This document shows, in pieces, positions 7,372 through 17,043 of a stretch of 21,780 bases of DNA (its first letter is position 1; the number at the start of each line of letters is the position of its first letter). Under the pieces are notes generated by a model, which saw only the letters and a list, made by a program, of their open reading frames with translations, had not been told where the DNA came from and did not search any database. The position numbers were made by a program, and so were the translations under genes. The stretch is from Pseudobdellovibrionaceae bacterium (lineage in GTDB: Bacteria > Bdellovibrionota > Bdellovibrionia > Bdellovibrionales > Bdellovibrionaceae): NCBI GenBank assembly GCA_041288045.1, contig JBGGMM010000081.1:1-21780 (forward strand), in the 5' to 3' direction.

Positions 7372-8034
7372 ATGGCATTTGAAGATTTAAAAGAAAGATT
7401 GGTCTCTGAATTCAAATCGCAATGGGAGCAGTTCCAGGATTCTTCGCTCTACATTCTGGCCAAGGAAAGATACGAAAACTTCACTCCGATCCAACAGAAG
7501 CTCTCCCTGGTTGGCATCGCTCTGTTTTTCACTTATCTTCTTTTGTCCCTGCCTCTGAGTTTTTACTCCTCTTCCAGTGAGCATGTCGCAGAATTTGAAG
7601 GCAAAAGACAGTTGATCCGCGATATTTTGAAAGTCTCAAAGGAAACTTCGGAAGGTCCCAATCTGCCTGTGCCTCCTGACGTGGCTTCATTGAAATCACA
7701 GATCGATGCGGAACTTCAAAATGCTCGACTGCTTCCTGAGCAGATCAAAGGCACCGAAGAAACTTCTGAAAAAGTGAAATTGGATACGAAAAATCTTTTT
7801 CAGGGAGCGGTCAAAGTCACATTGGCACAATTGAACCTGAGACAGATCATCGATCTGGGTCATAAATTTCAGAGCATCAATCCCAGCGTGAAAATGACCG
7901 ATCTTCAAATGGTCGCCAACGCCAAAGATGGGCGCTATTTCGATGTTGTCTATAAACTGGCTGTTCTCAATGTCCCAAGCCCAGTCGAAGAGGCGGATGA
8001 GCCTGAACCCCCACCCAAACGCCGAGGGAAATAA
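7372..8034 (+). CDS. gspM: Probable T2SS protein M
   Basis: Start moved to ATG 7372, 1 nt after the gspL stop, with AGGA upstream. Single N-proximal TM, then a coiled and mixed alpha/beta C-terminus; assignment rests mostly on operon position. Confidence 0.7.
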   Translation: MAFEDLKERLVSEFKSQWEQFQDSSLYILAKERYENFTPIQQKLSLVGIALFFTYLLLSLPLSFYSSSSEHVAEFEGKRQLIRDILKVSKETSEGPNLPVPPDVASLKSQIDAELQNARLLPEQIKGTEETSEKVKLDTKNLFQGAVKVTLAQLNLRQIIDLGHKFQSINPSVKMTDLQMVANAKDGRYFDVVYKLAVLNVPSPVEEADEPEPPPKRRGK

Positions 8035-8037
8035 CCC

Positions 8038-9024
8038 ATGGAACAGCTCAAAAAATTCTTCAGTTTCGCCTGGAGCCATAAAGGCAAGCTCGGTGTTCTG
8101 GCCATTTCCACTCTCGTTTTTGCTTTCTTGCTGTTTCCCTTCAATGATCTGAGCGATTTCATCGGAGCTCAGATTTCAAAAATGAGCAGAAATAAAGTGT
8201 ATGTCCAATTTGATCAGTTGCATATGAGCTTGGTTCCCACTCCTGGCGTGGCTTTGGAAAATGTCCAAGTCGAAGCTCAGGGCTTGGCGGGATTGAAAAT
8301 TCAAGAGGCGATTTTAACTCCGGGATTTTCGACACTCATCACACAGAAGCCGGCTGGAACTCTCACAGCCCGTGGATTTCTCAATGGCGATATCCAGGTT
8401 TCCTTGAAATCAGGCGCTCGCACTGACGATGGCAAAGAAAGACAAGAAATCACCATTGAAGCGAAAAAACTCAGTCTGGGCGAATTGAAACAAATTGGCC
8501 AGCTCCCCTTTGTTGCCAAAGGTGACTTGAATCTTTCAAGCAAAGCCTTGATCGAACCCACCTTGAAAACACAGCCCGATGTGGACGTGACTTTGCGGAT
8601 TGATCAATTTCAACCACTCAGTGTGCAGACTCCATTGGGGCCCTTTGTTTTACCAGAGCTTAAAATTTCAAACGTTGAACTGAAAGGACGCTTGTCAGCT
8701 GGCAAACTGATTATTGAGCAAGGAATCATCGGCAAAGAAACAGATGAATTGCGCGGAACCATTAAGGGCAGTTTGGATCTTCAGATCATTCGCCCTGATC
8801 CGGACTCCACGGTGATCATACCGCAAATGGGTGGTTATAATTTCGACGTGGATCTCAAAGTGAAAAAGGGCTTTTACGCCCGGGCTTCAACGATTTTCTC
8901 AATTGCCGAAGGAGCTCTCCGTTTAAATAATCACAAAATCGATTCTGCCGATGGAGTTCAGTATCGCTTCAAAGTCCAAGGCGCAAATTTCATCGATATA
9001 CCCAATGTGAGTGCGTTGCGTTAG
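8038..9024 (+). CDS. gspN: T2SS protein N
   Basis: N-terminal TM ending LLFPFNDL, followed by a beta-rich periplasmic region; last gene of the gsp run. Confidence 0.8.
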   Translation: MEQLKKFFSFAWSHKGKLGVLAISTLVFAFLLFPFNDLSDFIGAQISKMSRNKVYVQFDQLHMSLVPTPGVALENVQVEAQGLAGLKIQEAILTPGFSTLITQKPAGTLTARGFLNGDIQVSLKSGARTDDGKERQEITIEAKKLSLGELKQIGQLPFVAKGDLNLSSKALIEPTLKTQPDVDVTLRIDQFQPLSVQTPLGPFVLPELKISNVELKGRLSAGKLIIEQGIIGKETDELRGTIKGSLDLQIIRPDPDSTVIIPQMGGYNFDVDLKVKKGFYARASTIFSIAEGALRLNNHKIDSADGVQYRFKVQGANFIDIPNVSALR

Positions 9025-9102
9025 TCCGCAAGTCGGACTCTGCCGTGGCGCGAACATCCAATCAATGATATAAGAGTTGAGTCTTTCTTTTGTAAGGAAT
9101 GA

Positions 9103-9131
9103 TTGACAGTCGTATCCCAGGATTGAACACT
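9103..9131 (+). promoter_or_regulatory. Putative sigma70 promoter for ssb
   Basis: Perfect TTGACA (9103-9108), 17 nt, then AACACT (9126-9131); a small hairpin CAGTC-GAGT-GACTG (9154-9167) lies in the predicted leader. Confidence 0.45.
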
Positions 9132-9185
9132 TGGGGCACTTAACAACAAGGCTCAGTCGAGTGACTGGGTGGAAAGGAAGTATTT

Positions 9186-9620
9186 ATGTCAGGGGTAAAT
9201 AAGGTCATTCTTGTCGGACGTTTAGGAGCAGATCCAGAATTGAAATCTGTTGGAAACGGCCAATCAGTGGCGCGCTTGAATCTTGCCACCAGCGAATCTT
9301 GGACAACCAAAGAAGGCAGCAAGCAAGAGCGCACCGAATGGCATCGCGTGGTGGTCTGGGGACGTCAGGCCGAAAACTGCGCCAAGCATCTTTCCAAAGG
9401 CCGTCAGGTCTATGTGGAAGGTCGCTTGCAAACCCGCAACTGGGAAGATCAGCAGGGCCAGAAAAGGTACACGACCGAAATCGTTGCCAGCACTGTTCAA
9501 TTCTTAGGAGCTGGTTCCAGCACAGAAAGAAGCAGCCAATCGTCAACGGCTGATGAACAGTTCAACGACTTCGGTCCAGAACCTTCTTTCGATCAGTCTT
9601 CCGACGAAATTCCGTTCTAA
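9186..9620 (+). CDS. ssb: Single-stranded DNA-binding protein
   Basis: [37 protein letters not shown] and the acidic C-terminal tip DEIPF. Confidence 0.98.
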   Translation: MSGVNKVILVGRLGADPELKSVGNGQSVARLNLATSESWTTKEGSKQERTEWHRVVVWGRQAENCAKHLSKGRQVYVEGRLQTRNWEDQQGQKRYTTEIVASTVQFLGAGSSTERSSQSSTADEQFNDFGPEPSFDQSSDEIPF

Positions 9621-9648
9621 TTTTTACCGATTCTTTTTCGTGCTAGTC

Positions 9649-9678
9649 AAAAGCCCCGGGTCACGACTCGGGGCTTTT
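9649..9678. terminator. Intrinsic terminator after ssb (potentially bidirectional)
   Basis: AAAAGCCCCGGG-TCACGA-CTCGGGGCTTTT: GC-rich stem flanked by A and T tracts. Confidence 0.88.
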
Positions 9679-9709
9679 CAATTTCACACCCCAGTTCTAC
9701 AATCAATTC

Positions 9710-9991
9710 ATGCACTTGCATGGAAAAGGAATTTCTCTTTTTATTCTGTTCGGGATTCTGACGGCTTGTTCCGTTTACGAATCCACGGGGCGCAAATCCT
9801 TTGAAAGCAATGCTCCTGGCCAATTGGAAAATGCGAGCACGGGAGTTCAAACCAAGTCGGCACCAACCAGTGAAACTTGCTGGAATCAGCCTGCCAATGA
9901 GGCTCTCTGGTATATCGATCAGGTCAGCCCCCTCACGATCGACAAAATCAATGAAGAAGAAATTCAAGTTTGCTTTCAAGAAGTCCCTTAA
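9710..9991 (+). CDS. Small hypothetical lipoprotein
   Basis: 93 aa; hydrophobic signal ending in lipobox LTA|C; two further Cys; preceded by TTTTCA-N17-TACAAT-6nt-ATG. Confidence 0.75.
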   Translation: MHLHGKGISLFILFGILTACSVYESTGRKSFESNAPGQLENASTGVQTKSAPTSETCWNQPANEALWYIDQVSPLTIDKINEEEIQVCFQEVP

Positions 9992-10001
9992 AGGAGTCAC
10001 C

Positions 10002-10913
10002 ATGCGTTTTACATCTCTGATTTTTCTCCTCACCAGCCTCTTCTGCTGTGTCTTCTCATTGAGTCTCTGGGCTGGTACTGTTTCGCAAGTGAAGGGAAGT
10101 AAAATGATCATTCAGCTGGAGGGCGAAAGCGCTTCTCCAGGAAATGAATACTTCATCCTGAATTCAGCAGGAAAACGAGTGGGCCTCGTCACCATCAAAC
10201 AAGTCAAGGGAACCAAAGCTCTTGCTGAACTCACCAAGGGGCGAGCGAACGCCGGTGACAGCATTCAGGCCAAAGGCGCTTCAACTTCTGCTTCACAAAG
10301 CTCAAGCGCGGCCGCTTCTGAAACCAGCACAACCACAAGCAAAAAGAGCACGAAATCCACTGGCAAATATCGAGTCGGCGCTTTGCTAGGCTACGCCATG
10401 AACACTTTTTCTCTCTCAGTTCAGGATAAAACCAACACCGCCCTTAAAGAAGATGTCACTATGAAGGACAGCACTTTCAATTTGAAGGGCTTTTATGATT
10501 ATGACCTCAGTCCCGAATTCACCATCCGAGGTGCTGCTGGCTATGAATCTTTCGCCGCTAAAGGCACAACCACCGCATCGATTTGCAGCAATGGCAGCTC
10601 AACAGAATGTTCGGTCAAATACGACTATCTGGCTCTGGAAGGCTCCGCCCATTACAATTTCCTGACCGGCCCCACTCGCGTTTGGGTTGGGCTCGGCTAC
10701 TCTTTCCTGATTGCAATGACCAAATCCAGCAACATTCCCAATCTCACTGAAAGCTCCACCAATCAAATGATTCTTTTTTCAGGCGGAACCGACATCAGCA
10801 TGGGTCCAAGCTCTTTCATTCCTTTGGTTGTGGAATATGGAATGTTTCCCGGAAGCTCGAATGTGACTGCCAATTCGATCTTTTTACGTGGCGGTTACGG
10901 AATGACATTTTAA
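10002..10913 (+). CDS. Secreted protein: small beta-rich N-domain, Ser/Thr linker, probable outer-membrane beta-barrel
   Basis: Start moved to ATG 10002 (SD AAGGAG at 9991-9996). Signal peptide ending LWA; amphipathic strands; C-terminus GGYGMTF with terminal Phe. Confidence 0.8.
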   Translation: MRFTSLIFLLTSLFCCVFSLSLWAGTVSQVKGSKMIIQLEGESASPGNEYFILNSAGKRVGLVTIKQVKGTKALAELTKGRANAGDSIQAKGASTSASQSSSAAASETSTTTSKKSTKSTGKYRVGALLGYAMNTFSLSVQDKTNTALKEDVTMKDSTFNLKGFYDYDLSPEFTIRGAAGYESFAAKGTTTASICSNGSSTECSVKYDYLALEGSAHYNFLTGPTRVWVGLGYSFLIAMTKSSNIPNLTESSTNQMILFSGGTDISMGPSSFIPLVVEYGMFPGSSNVTANSIFLRGGYGMTF

Positions 10914-10933
10914 TCGGACTTATTCCAGTTTGC

Positions 10934-13171
10934 TCAGCTATCGGTCAATCTAGAAACGCCAATCACGCCTTTGATTTTTTGCAAATCGAAAATCACTTGA
11001 TTCAATTGCTGAGTGTTTCTCACGCTCACATCAAAAGTGGCAACTGCTTTGCTGTCCCTGGTGGTTCGCACTTGAGCGTTGTGGATATTGATTCCTTGAG
11101 TAGAAAAAGCCTCTGACATGGATTTCAAAAGGCCCGGCATGTCTTGCGAGATCACGCGGATTTTCACTGTCCTCTCGTGACCAGTGTCAGCGGATTGAGT
11201 GGTCCATTCGACATCCACTTTTCGCATTTGATCAAATTCAAAAGCTTTTCGGCAGTCCGATCGGTGAACTGTGATTCCCCGTCCGCGAGTGATAAACCCC
11301 ACAATTGGATCACCTGGGATTGGATTGCAGCATCTCGCATAGTGAACCAGAACATCATCCATTCCGCTCACTGCAATCAGAGAGCCTGACTTGCGCGCTT
11401 TTTGAGTGGCGGATTTGAAAACATTTTGAAGAAAGGACCCCTTTTCTTTTCCTGAGTCCGCAGCTTGATTCAAAAGATCCGGAGCCAGGCGCTCTAACAG
11501 AACTCGTGGCTCGAGCTTTCCGTAACCGACTCGTACCACAACTTCATCATCGTCATGAATGCCGTGATCTTTTTTGAATTTCTCAAACAATTCGCCTTTT
11601 AAATACTTGGCAGCAGCTGCGCCAAATTTTCGAAATTCTCTTTCGAGAAGTTCTTTTCCAAGCGCCAAAGAGCGTTTGCGCTGCTCTTCTTTGACGTAAG
11701 CTCGGATTTTAGTTTTGGCTTTATTGGTGACGCAGTATTTGAGCCAATCCTTCGAAGGCGATTGTGTCTTTGAAGTGACAATTTCAACAGTGTCGCCATT
11801 TTGCAGCTGGTATTTCAATGGCACCATTCGGCCATTGACCCGAGCTCCCATGCAGCGATTGCCAAGCTCAGTGTGAACAGCATAAGCGAAATCAATCGGA
11901 GTTGCGCCCTCTGGGAATTCACGCACTTCGCCTTTGGGAGTGAAAACGTAAATCTCGCTTTCAAAAAGATCCGTCTTGACCGTATCCAGGAATTCATCCG
12001 AATTGCCAACTTGTTGATGAAGAGAAACCAGTTCCTTCAGCCAATTGAATTGATCGGCGGTCTCATCAGTGATCTGCCGGCCGCGCTCTTTGTACCGCCA
12101 GTGAGCGGCGATCCCTCGCTCGGCCACCAAGTGCATGTCCTTGGTGCGGATTTGAATTTCAATTCTCTCTCCGCCAGGCCCCACCACAGTGGTATGCAAA
12201 GATTGATAGTTGTTTGTTTTTGGCATGGCGACGAAATCTTTAAACCGACCAGGAATGGGTTTGTACAAAGAGTGCATCAATCCCAGAACCTCGTAACACT
12301 GGGAAACTGTGTCCACCATGACGCGAAAAGCGAGCACATCGTACACCTGCTCGTAATCAATGTTTCTGGCCTGCATCTTTCGATAAATCGACCAAAGATG
12401 CTTGGAGCGCCCTTGAATCTCAACATTTTTAAAGCCGCCCTTTGCGAGCTCTTTGTTGATCATTCTTTTGACTTCTTCGATGTAAGAGGCCTGATCCTTC
12501 TCTTTCTTTTCCACTTTCTGCTTGAGCTGGTAAAACATATCCGGACGCAGATAGCGAAAGCTCAAATCCTCAAGCTCAATTTTCACCGAGCTGATACCCA
12601 TTCGACTGGCCAGTGGGCAATAGATCTCAAGCGTTTCTTGGGCGATTCTCGCCTGCTTTTCATAAGGCATGTGGTTGAGAGTTCGCATGTTGTGCAAGCG
12701 ATCGGCAAGTTTGACCAGAATGACCCGCACATCTTTCCCCATGGCGACAATCATCTTGCGAATGTTCTCACCCTGACGTTCCGTGGAGGTCTTAAAAGTC
12801 ATTTTCGAAATTTTCGTCACACCATCAACAAGGGTGGCAATGGTCTCACCGAATTCACGGCGAATGTCTTCAATGGTGGCGTGAGTGTCTTCAACAGTGT
12901 CGTGCAAAAGACCAGTGGCAATAGAATCCAAATCCAATTTCAAATCAGCAAGAATTCCGGCGACGCTGAGGGGGTGAGAAATATAGGGTTCGCCAGATCT
13001 TCGAATCTGACCTTCATGAGCGTTTTCTGAAAAATGATAGGCTTTTTCAATCAGCTTGGTATCGGCGTTTGGATAATAGGAAAGAATTTTCGCTGTCAGC
13101 TCTTCAAGCGTGCGAAGCGGCTTTTCACTGAGTCTTTCTGCTGTTGCAAAGGTGCTATCAGTCGCTGACAT
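10934..13171 (-). CDS. rel: Bifunctional (p)ppGpp synthetase/hydrolase (long RSH, Rel/SpoT type)
   Basis: 745 aa; RRSGEPYISHP and an intact LHDTVED hydrolase motif, RFKD and YQSLHT synthetase motifs, TGS domain (TPIDFAY), CCNPIPGD and a C-terminal ACT domain. Confidence 0.96.
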   Translation of the reverse strand: MSATDSTFATAERLSEKPLRTLEELTAKILSYYPNADTKLIEKAYHFSENAHEGQIRRSGEPYISHPLSVAGILADLKLDLDSIATGLLHDTVEDTHATIEDIRREFGETIATLVDGVTKISKMTFKTSTERQGENIRKMIVAMGKDVRVILVKLADRLHNMRTLNHMPYEKQARIAQETLEIYCPLASRMGISSVKIELEDLSFRYLRPDMFYQLKQKVEKKEKDQASYIEEVKRMINKELAKGGFKNVEIQGRSKHLWSIYRKMQARNIDYEQVYDVLAFRVMVDTVSQCYEVLGLMHSLYKPIPGRFKDFVAMPKTNNYQSLHTTVVGPGGERIEIQIRTKDMHLVAERGIAAHWRYKERGRQITDETADQFNWLKELVSLHQQVGNSDEFLDTVKTDLFESEIYVFTPKGEVREFPEGATPIDFAYAVHTELGNRCMGARVNGRMVPLKYQLQNGDTVEIVTSKTQSPSKDWLKYCVTNKAKTKIRAYVKEEQRKRSLALGKELLEREFRKFGAAAAKYLKGELFEKFKKDHGIHDDDEVVVRVGYGKLEPRVLLERLAPDLLNQAADSGKEKGSFLQNVFKSATQKARKSGSLIAVSGMDDVLVHYARCCNPIPGDPIVGFITRGRGITVHRSDCRKAFEFDQMRKVDVEWTTQSADTGHERTVKIRVISQDMPGLLKSMSEAFSTQGINIHNAQVRTTRDSKAVATFDVSVRNTQQLNQVIFDLQKIKGVIGVSRLTDS

Positions 13172-13250
13172 AATCCTTCAAATCATCGGTCGCTTGACCC
13201 CTCTTCAAGAGTCCAGATCCCAAGTCGAAGTGTCCGGAACGCCTGAAGAT

Positions 13251-13490
13251 TTACTTGTTCAGGTCTTTTTCAATTTGATTGGTGATGGAGCCCCGCTCTA
13301 GGTCGATCTCAAAGGCCACATTGCCAGCGGCCACTTCACGAAGAGCACCGACAATGTATTTGTTCCCCTTGGTCGCAACAGTGAGATCCGAACCTTTCAA
13401 AAGTTGTTTGGCGCGTTTTGCAACAAGCAAAACCAAGGCAAAACGATTGGGGACTTTATCGAGGCAATCTTCAACTGTGACACGGGCCAT
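13251..13490 (-). CDS. rpoZ: RNA polymerase omega subunit
   Basis: [39 protein letters not shown]; gmk-rpoZ-rel synteny. Confidence 0.97.
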   Translation of the reverse strand: MARVTVEDCLDKVPNRFALVLLVAKRAKQLLKGSDLTVATKGNKYIVGALREVAAGNVAFEIDLERGSITNQIEKDLNK

Positions 13491-13533
13491 ACCAAGGTCT
13501 CCTTAGGCTAAAGGCGAGCTTGAAAAACTACAG

Positions 13534-14103
13534 CTATCCCAGCAATTCTTCAATGATTTTTTTGAATTTCAAATAGGAAGTCTCGAAATCGTCGTTGATA
13601 ATTTGAAAATCAAAAGCCGAGGCCATTTTAAGCTCATTTTCCGCAGCTCTCATTCGAACTTCCAAATCTTCAGGCACTTTCCCGTCCCGTTTTGTCACCC
13701 TGCGTCTAAGCTCGTCAATGCTGGGTGGGAGAATAAATATTGATTTGGAATCGGGGTATTTCAATTTAAAAGTCTCAGCTCCCTGCACATCGACATCCAT
13801 GATGATGCATTTCCCCTGCTCCCAAGCCCTATCCAATTGCTCGTAAGGAGTGCCATAGAGATTGTTGTGAACATGAGCCCATTCCACGAAGTAATTTTTG
13901 ATCAGCAAAGATTCAAATTCTTCCCGAGAAACAAAGTGATAGGGATGCCCCTGGGACTCTCCCGCTCGCATCGCTCGAGTGGTAAAAGTCACTGTGTCTT
14001 CCAATTGCGAATTTTCCCGACAGATTCTCTCAACGAAGCTGCTCTTTCCAGCACCGCTGGGGGCAGCCACGATAATCATGCGGGTCTTTCCCTTGCTTTT
14101 CAT
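13534..14103 (-). CDS. gmk: Guanylate kinase
   Basis: P-loop APSGAGKS, TTRAMRAGE, YGT, DVDVQGA, IFILPPS. Confidence 0.97.
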   Translation of the reverse strand: MKSKGKTRMIIVAAPSGAGKSSFVERICRENSQLEDTVTFTTRAMRAGESQGHPYHFVSREEFESLLIKNYFVEWAHVHNNLYGTPYEQLDRAWEQGKCIIMDVDVQGAETFKLKYPDSKSIFILPPSIDELRRRVTKRDGKVPEDLEVRMRAAENELKMASAFDFQIINDDFETSYLKFKKIIEELLG

Positions 14104-14978
14104 TCGACGTTTTGAACCTGTTCTCTTAATCTTTCAATGAATGTTTTTGCCTGTACCACACTCTGGGTCAGTTGGGAAACACTGGATTTGGAGCCGATGG
14201 TGTTGACCTCCCGGAGAAGTTCTTGTGTGTAAAAATCCAGTTTTTTGCCTTGGGGTCCATTCACATGAAAAAGCTGACGATAATTTTTCATGTGTTCTTT
14301 CAAACGCGCTAATTCTTCATTGATATCGGCTTTTTCAAGCTGAATGACCACTTCTTGAGACAATCGTCCCGAGTCGATTTCAACCCCAGACAATTTGGTT
14401 TTGATTCTTTGCTCGAATCGCTGCAAAAGATTTTGATTCACTTCTTCACGCACCGATTGAATTTCATTCATTTCTTTTTCCAGCTGAGAAAGGAGCTTCT
14501 CGAGCTCAACGCGAAGGCTTTTCCCTTCCCGTTTTCGCTCTGCCTCACAGGCTTTGCAGGCTTTTTCAAAAGCTTGCAAAAGAGCCCGTTTCTCTGAGCT
14601 GGAAACTTCTTGCGCTTCTTCCATTTTGATCACATCTGGAAGCCTGGCGATGCTTTCCACATGAAACTGCGTTTTGATTTTCAGTTCTTTCGAGATCTGC
14701 TGATAGGCTTCGTAATACTTTCGCGCCAGATCTTTATTGACGATCAGTTGTGTAGCCGAGGCCGAAGCTTTGATTTTTCGATTGATGAAAACATCCAAAG
14801 TTCCACGCTCAAAATGCTTTTCCAAAATTTTTTTTAAATCGGATTCAAAAGCGATGAATTCACGTGGAAGGTGAAAGCGGGTTTCAAGGAAACGACCGTT
14901 CACGGCTCGGAGACTGACTTCGATTGAACTGTGGGCCGATTGAACTTTGCCAAGGCCATAACCTGTCATGCTTTTCAT
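14100..14978 (-). CDS. yicC: YicC/YloC family endoribonuclease
   Basis: MKSMTGYG, VNGRFLE, DINEELARL, GKKLDFYTQELLREVNTIGSK, REQVQNVE. Confidence 0.95.
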   Translation of the reverse strand: MKSMTGYGLGKVQSAHSSIEVSLRAVNGRFLETRFHLPREFIAFESDLKKILEKHFERGTLDVFINRKIKASASATQLIVNKDLARKYYEAYQQISKELKIKTQFHVESIARLPDVIKMEEAQEVSSSEKRALLQAFEKACKACEAERKREGKSLRVELEKLLSQLEKEMNEIQSVREEVNQNLLQRFEQRIKTKLSGVEIDSGRLSQEVVIQLEKADINEELARLKEHMKNYRQLFHVNGPQGKKLDFYTQELLREVNTIGSKSSVSQLTQSVVQAKTFIERLREQVQNVE

Positions 14979-15098
14979 TTCGCTATTCTAATCGCAAAGA
15001 GTCCCTCTTCCTATGACTAACGACCCGCAACACAAGGCTCAAAAGGCAAGGTGCCCCATGACCTCAGGGATTCTCTCCGTTAGCTTGGCCACCATTTC

Positions 15099-15470
15099 AT
15101 GCAAAGGCTTCCCTCGACTTTTTCAATTTTAATTCTCATTTCCACGCTGATGGTGTCCTGCTCGACTTTTCAGTCCAGCGAGATCTATCAAAGCGGCAAA
15201 GCCTCTTGGTATGGCAAAAGCTTTCAGGGCAAAAAAACGGCCAGTGGCGAGCTCTTTAACAGCCAGGCTTTCACCGCTGCCCACCCCACCCTAGCTTTTG
15301 GGACCCGCGTCCTGGTCACCAGCAAATCCACTGGAAAAAGCGTGAAAGTTCGAATCAATGACCGAGGCCCTTTTGCCCACAATCGAATCATCGATCTTTC
15401 CTATGCAGCCGCGGCAAAGCTTGGAATGATTCAAAAGGGCGAAGATGAGGTCGAGCTCAGGCTGCGTTAA
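15099..15470 (+). CDS. rlpA: RlpA-family lytic transglycosylase lipoprotein (DPBB domain only)
   Basis: Lipobox-like [42 protein letters not shown]; no SPOR domain. Confidence 0.9.
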   Translation: MQRLPSTFSILILISTLMVSCSTFQSSEIYQSGKASWYGKSFQGKKTASGELFNSQAFTAAHPTLAFGTRVLVTSKSTGKSVKVRINDRGPFAHNRIIDLSYAAAAKLGMIQKGEDEVELRLR

Positions 15471-15586
15471 CCGAGTTTGAACTTTGCCTGCACAGTGTCT
15501 TTTTGAAAATTGACAGAACTCTTGGAAAGTTTGCTGACCCACTTTTGATCCAAGACAAAAATTCAAATCACAAAAGGAGGTCCCCG

Positions 15587-16123
15587 ATGAAGTTTCTAAC
15601 TCTTTCGATTCCCTGTCTGATTTTTTCGATTCCGATTTTTGCAGCTCCGCCAGCTGCTCCTAAGACTGTCAACATGCTCAATTCGCAGGGCAAACCACTG
15701 GGTCAAGTGATGCTGAGCGAATCTCCACAAGGATTAAAAATATCTTTGGATTTGAAAGGGGTCCCGGCCGGAGTCCATGCCATTCACCTGCATCAAAATG
15801 GCAAATGTGAAGGTCCTGATTTCAAATCCGCCGGCGAGCATTTCAATCCCACTGGGAAGGAACACGGAAAATCAAATCCAAAAGGTGCCCATGCCGGTGA
15901 TCTTCCGAATCTCACAGTGCCTGCGGATGGAAATTTGAAACAGGACATTTTGGTGACTGGATATTCCTTGGATCCTAAAGCGAAAAGCACTTTGGTCTCT
16001 GCCAGCGGAGTTTCCTTGATCATGCATGAAAAAGCAGATGACAACAAAACCAATCCATCCGGAAGTTCAGGAGGACGGATCTCCTGTGCAGTTCTGACTG
16101 ACCCCTCGGTCAGCAATCAATAA
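15587..16123 (+). CDS. sodC: Periplasmic Cu/Zn superoxide dismutase
   Basis: Start moved to ATG 15587 (SD AGGAGG). Signal peptide; metal-ligand motifs [27 protein letters not shown] and GGRISC are all present. Confidence 0.93.
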   Translation: MKFLTLSIPCLIFSIPIFAAPPAAPKTVNMLNSQGKPLGQVMLSESPQGLKISLDLKGVPAGVHAIHLHQNGKCEGPDFKSAGEHFNPTGKEHGKSNPKGAHAGDLPNLTVPADGNLKQDILVTGYSLDPKAKSTLVSASGVSLIMHEKADDNKTNPSGSSGGRISCAVLTDPSVSNQ

Positions 16124-17043
16124 GAAAGGAACTGGCGGACTTTTTCTTGGGCTTCTTTAAAATTTTCCGGAGACACCCAGAAAATCGAAGAATCCCTCTG
16201 AAACCAAGTCCGCTGTTTTTTTGCCAGTCGCATTGTGTTCTGAATGATTTTTTCACACAGCTCAATTTCAGAGCCGATGCTTCCATTCAAATATTCAACT
16301 GTCTCTTTGTAGCCAACACTTTGCAATGGCGCCCACGACTCGAGGTTCTTGGCTAAAAGGTTTTTCACTTCATTCACAAGGCCCGCCTTGAGCATGTGTT
16401 CCGTTCGCTTTCTCACTCGCGGCAGAAGCTCTTCTTTGCTGATTCTAAACCCCAATTTGAAAAGTGGATAGGGAAAGGGAGTCTGCTGTTCTTCAAATTC
16501 TTTTTTGATTTCAGAGACCGGTTTGCCATGAGTTCGCATCATTTCAATGGCTCTCGCCAGGCGATAATGATCGTTGATTGAAATCTTTTCGGCCGTCTTA
16601 GGATCTTTCTCTTTCAGTTCAGCATGAAGGCGCTCGGCACCCTCAACTGCTGCTAGCTCCGCTTCAACTTTTTTTAAAGTTTCCGCATCGGCGGCTCCGA
16701 TTGGGTACATTCCTTTTTCAATGGCCTGAAAATAAAAGCCCGTTCCGCCAACCACAAAGACAACGGGAAACTGATTTTCAATTTTTTTTAAATTGGCAAA
16801 AAAATCACGGCTAAATTCCCCAGCAGTGATTTCATCTCCCTCTTCGACATAGTCGAAGAGATAATGGGGAACGTCTTGAAAATCTTGAATGGATGGCTTG
16901 GCTGAGCCCACGTTCAAGGAGCGGAAAACCTGAATGCTATCGCAATTGACAATGGCACCCTGAAATTCTTTAGCTAAATCCATGGCAAAAGCTGATTTTC
17001 CAGAAGCCGTCCGACCGACGACAAAGACCACTCGCATTCTCAA
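16117..17043 (-). CDS. miaA: tRNA dimethylallyltransferase
   Basis: [41 protein letters not shown]; start is TTG 17043 or ATG 17037. Confidence 0.97.
   Translation of the reverse strand: MRMRVVFVVGRTASGKSAFAMDLAKEFQGAIVNCDSIQVFRSLNVGSAKPSIQDFQDVPHYLFDYVEEGDEITAGEFSRDFFANLKKIENQFPVVFVVGGTGFYFQAIEKGMYPIGAADAETLKKVEAELAAVEGAERLHAELKEKDPKTAEKISINDHYRLARAIEMMRTHGKPVSEIKKEFEEQQTPFPYPLFKLGFRISKEELLPRVRKRTEHMLKAGLVNEVKNLLAKNLESWAPLQSVGYKETVEYLNGSIGSEIELCEKIIQNTMRLAKKQRTWFQRDSSIFWVSPENFKEAQEKVRQFLSY

Noticed and set aside
9023..9039. Hairpin AGTCCG-CAAGT-CGGACT right after gspN
   Set aside because: Only a 6-bp stem with no U tract; not called as a terminator.
9801..10001. Long N-terminal extensions given by the ORF track (also at 1936, 7237, 15503 and 20948)
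   Set aside because: Downstream ATGs with SD sequences, and in most cases proper signal peptides, are better starts; some extensions overlap neighbouring genes.
11801..13030. 409-aa ORF antisense to rel (similarly 1197-1937 antisense to gspF)
   Set aside because: Typical antisense shadow ORF of a conserved gene; no motifs and no convincing initiation signals.
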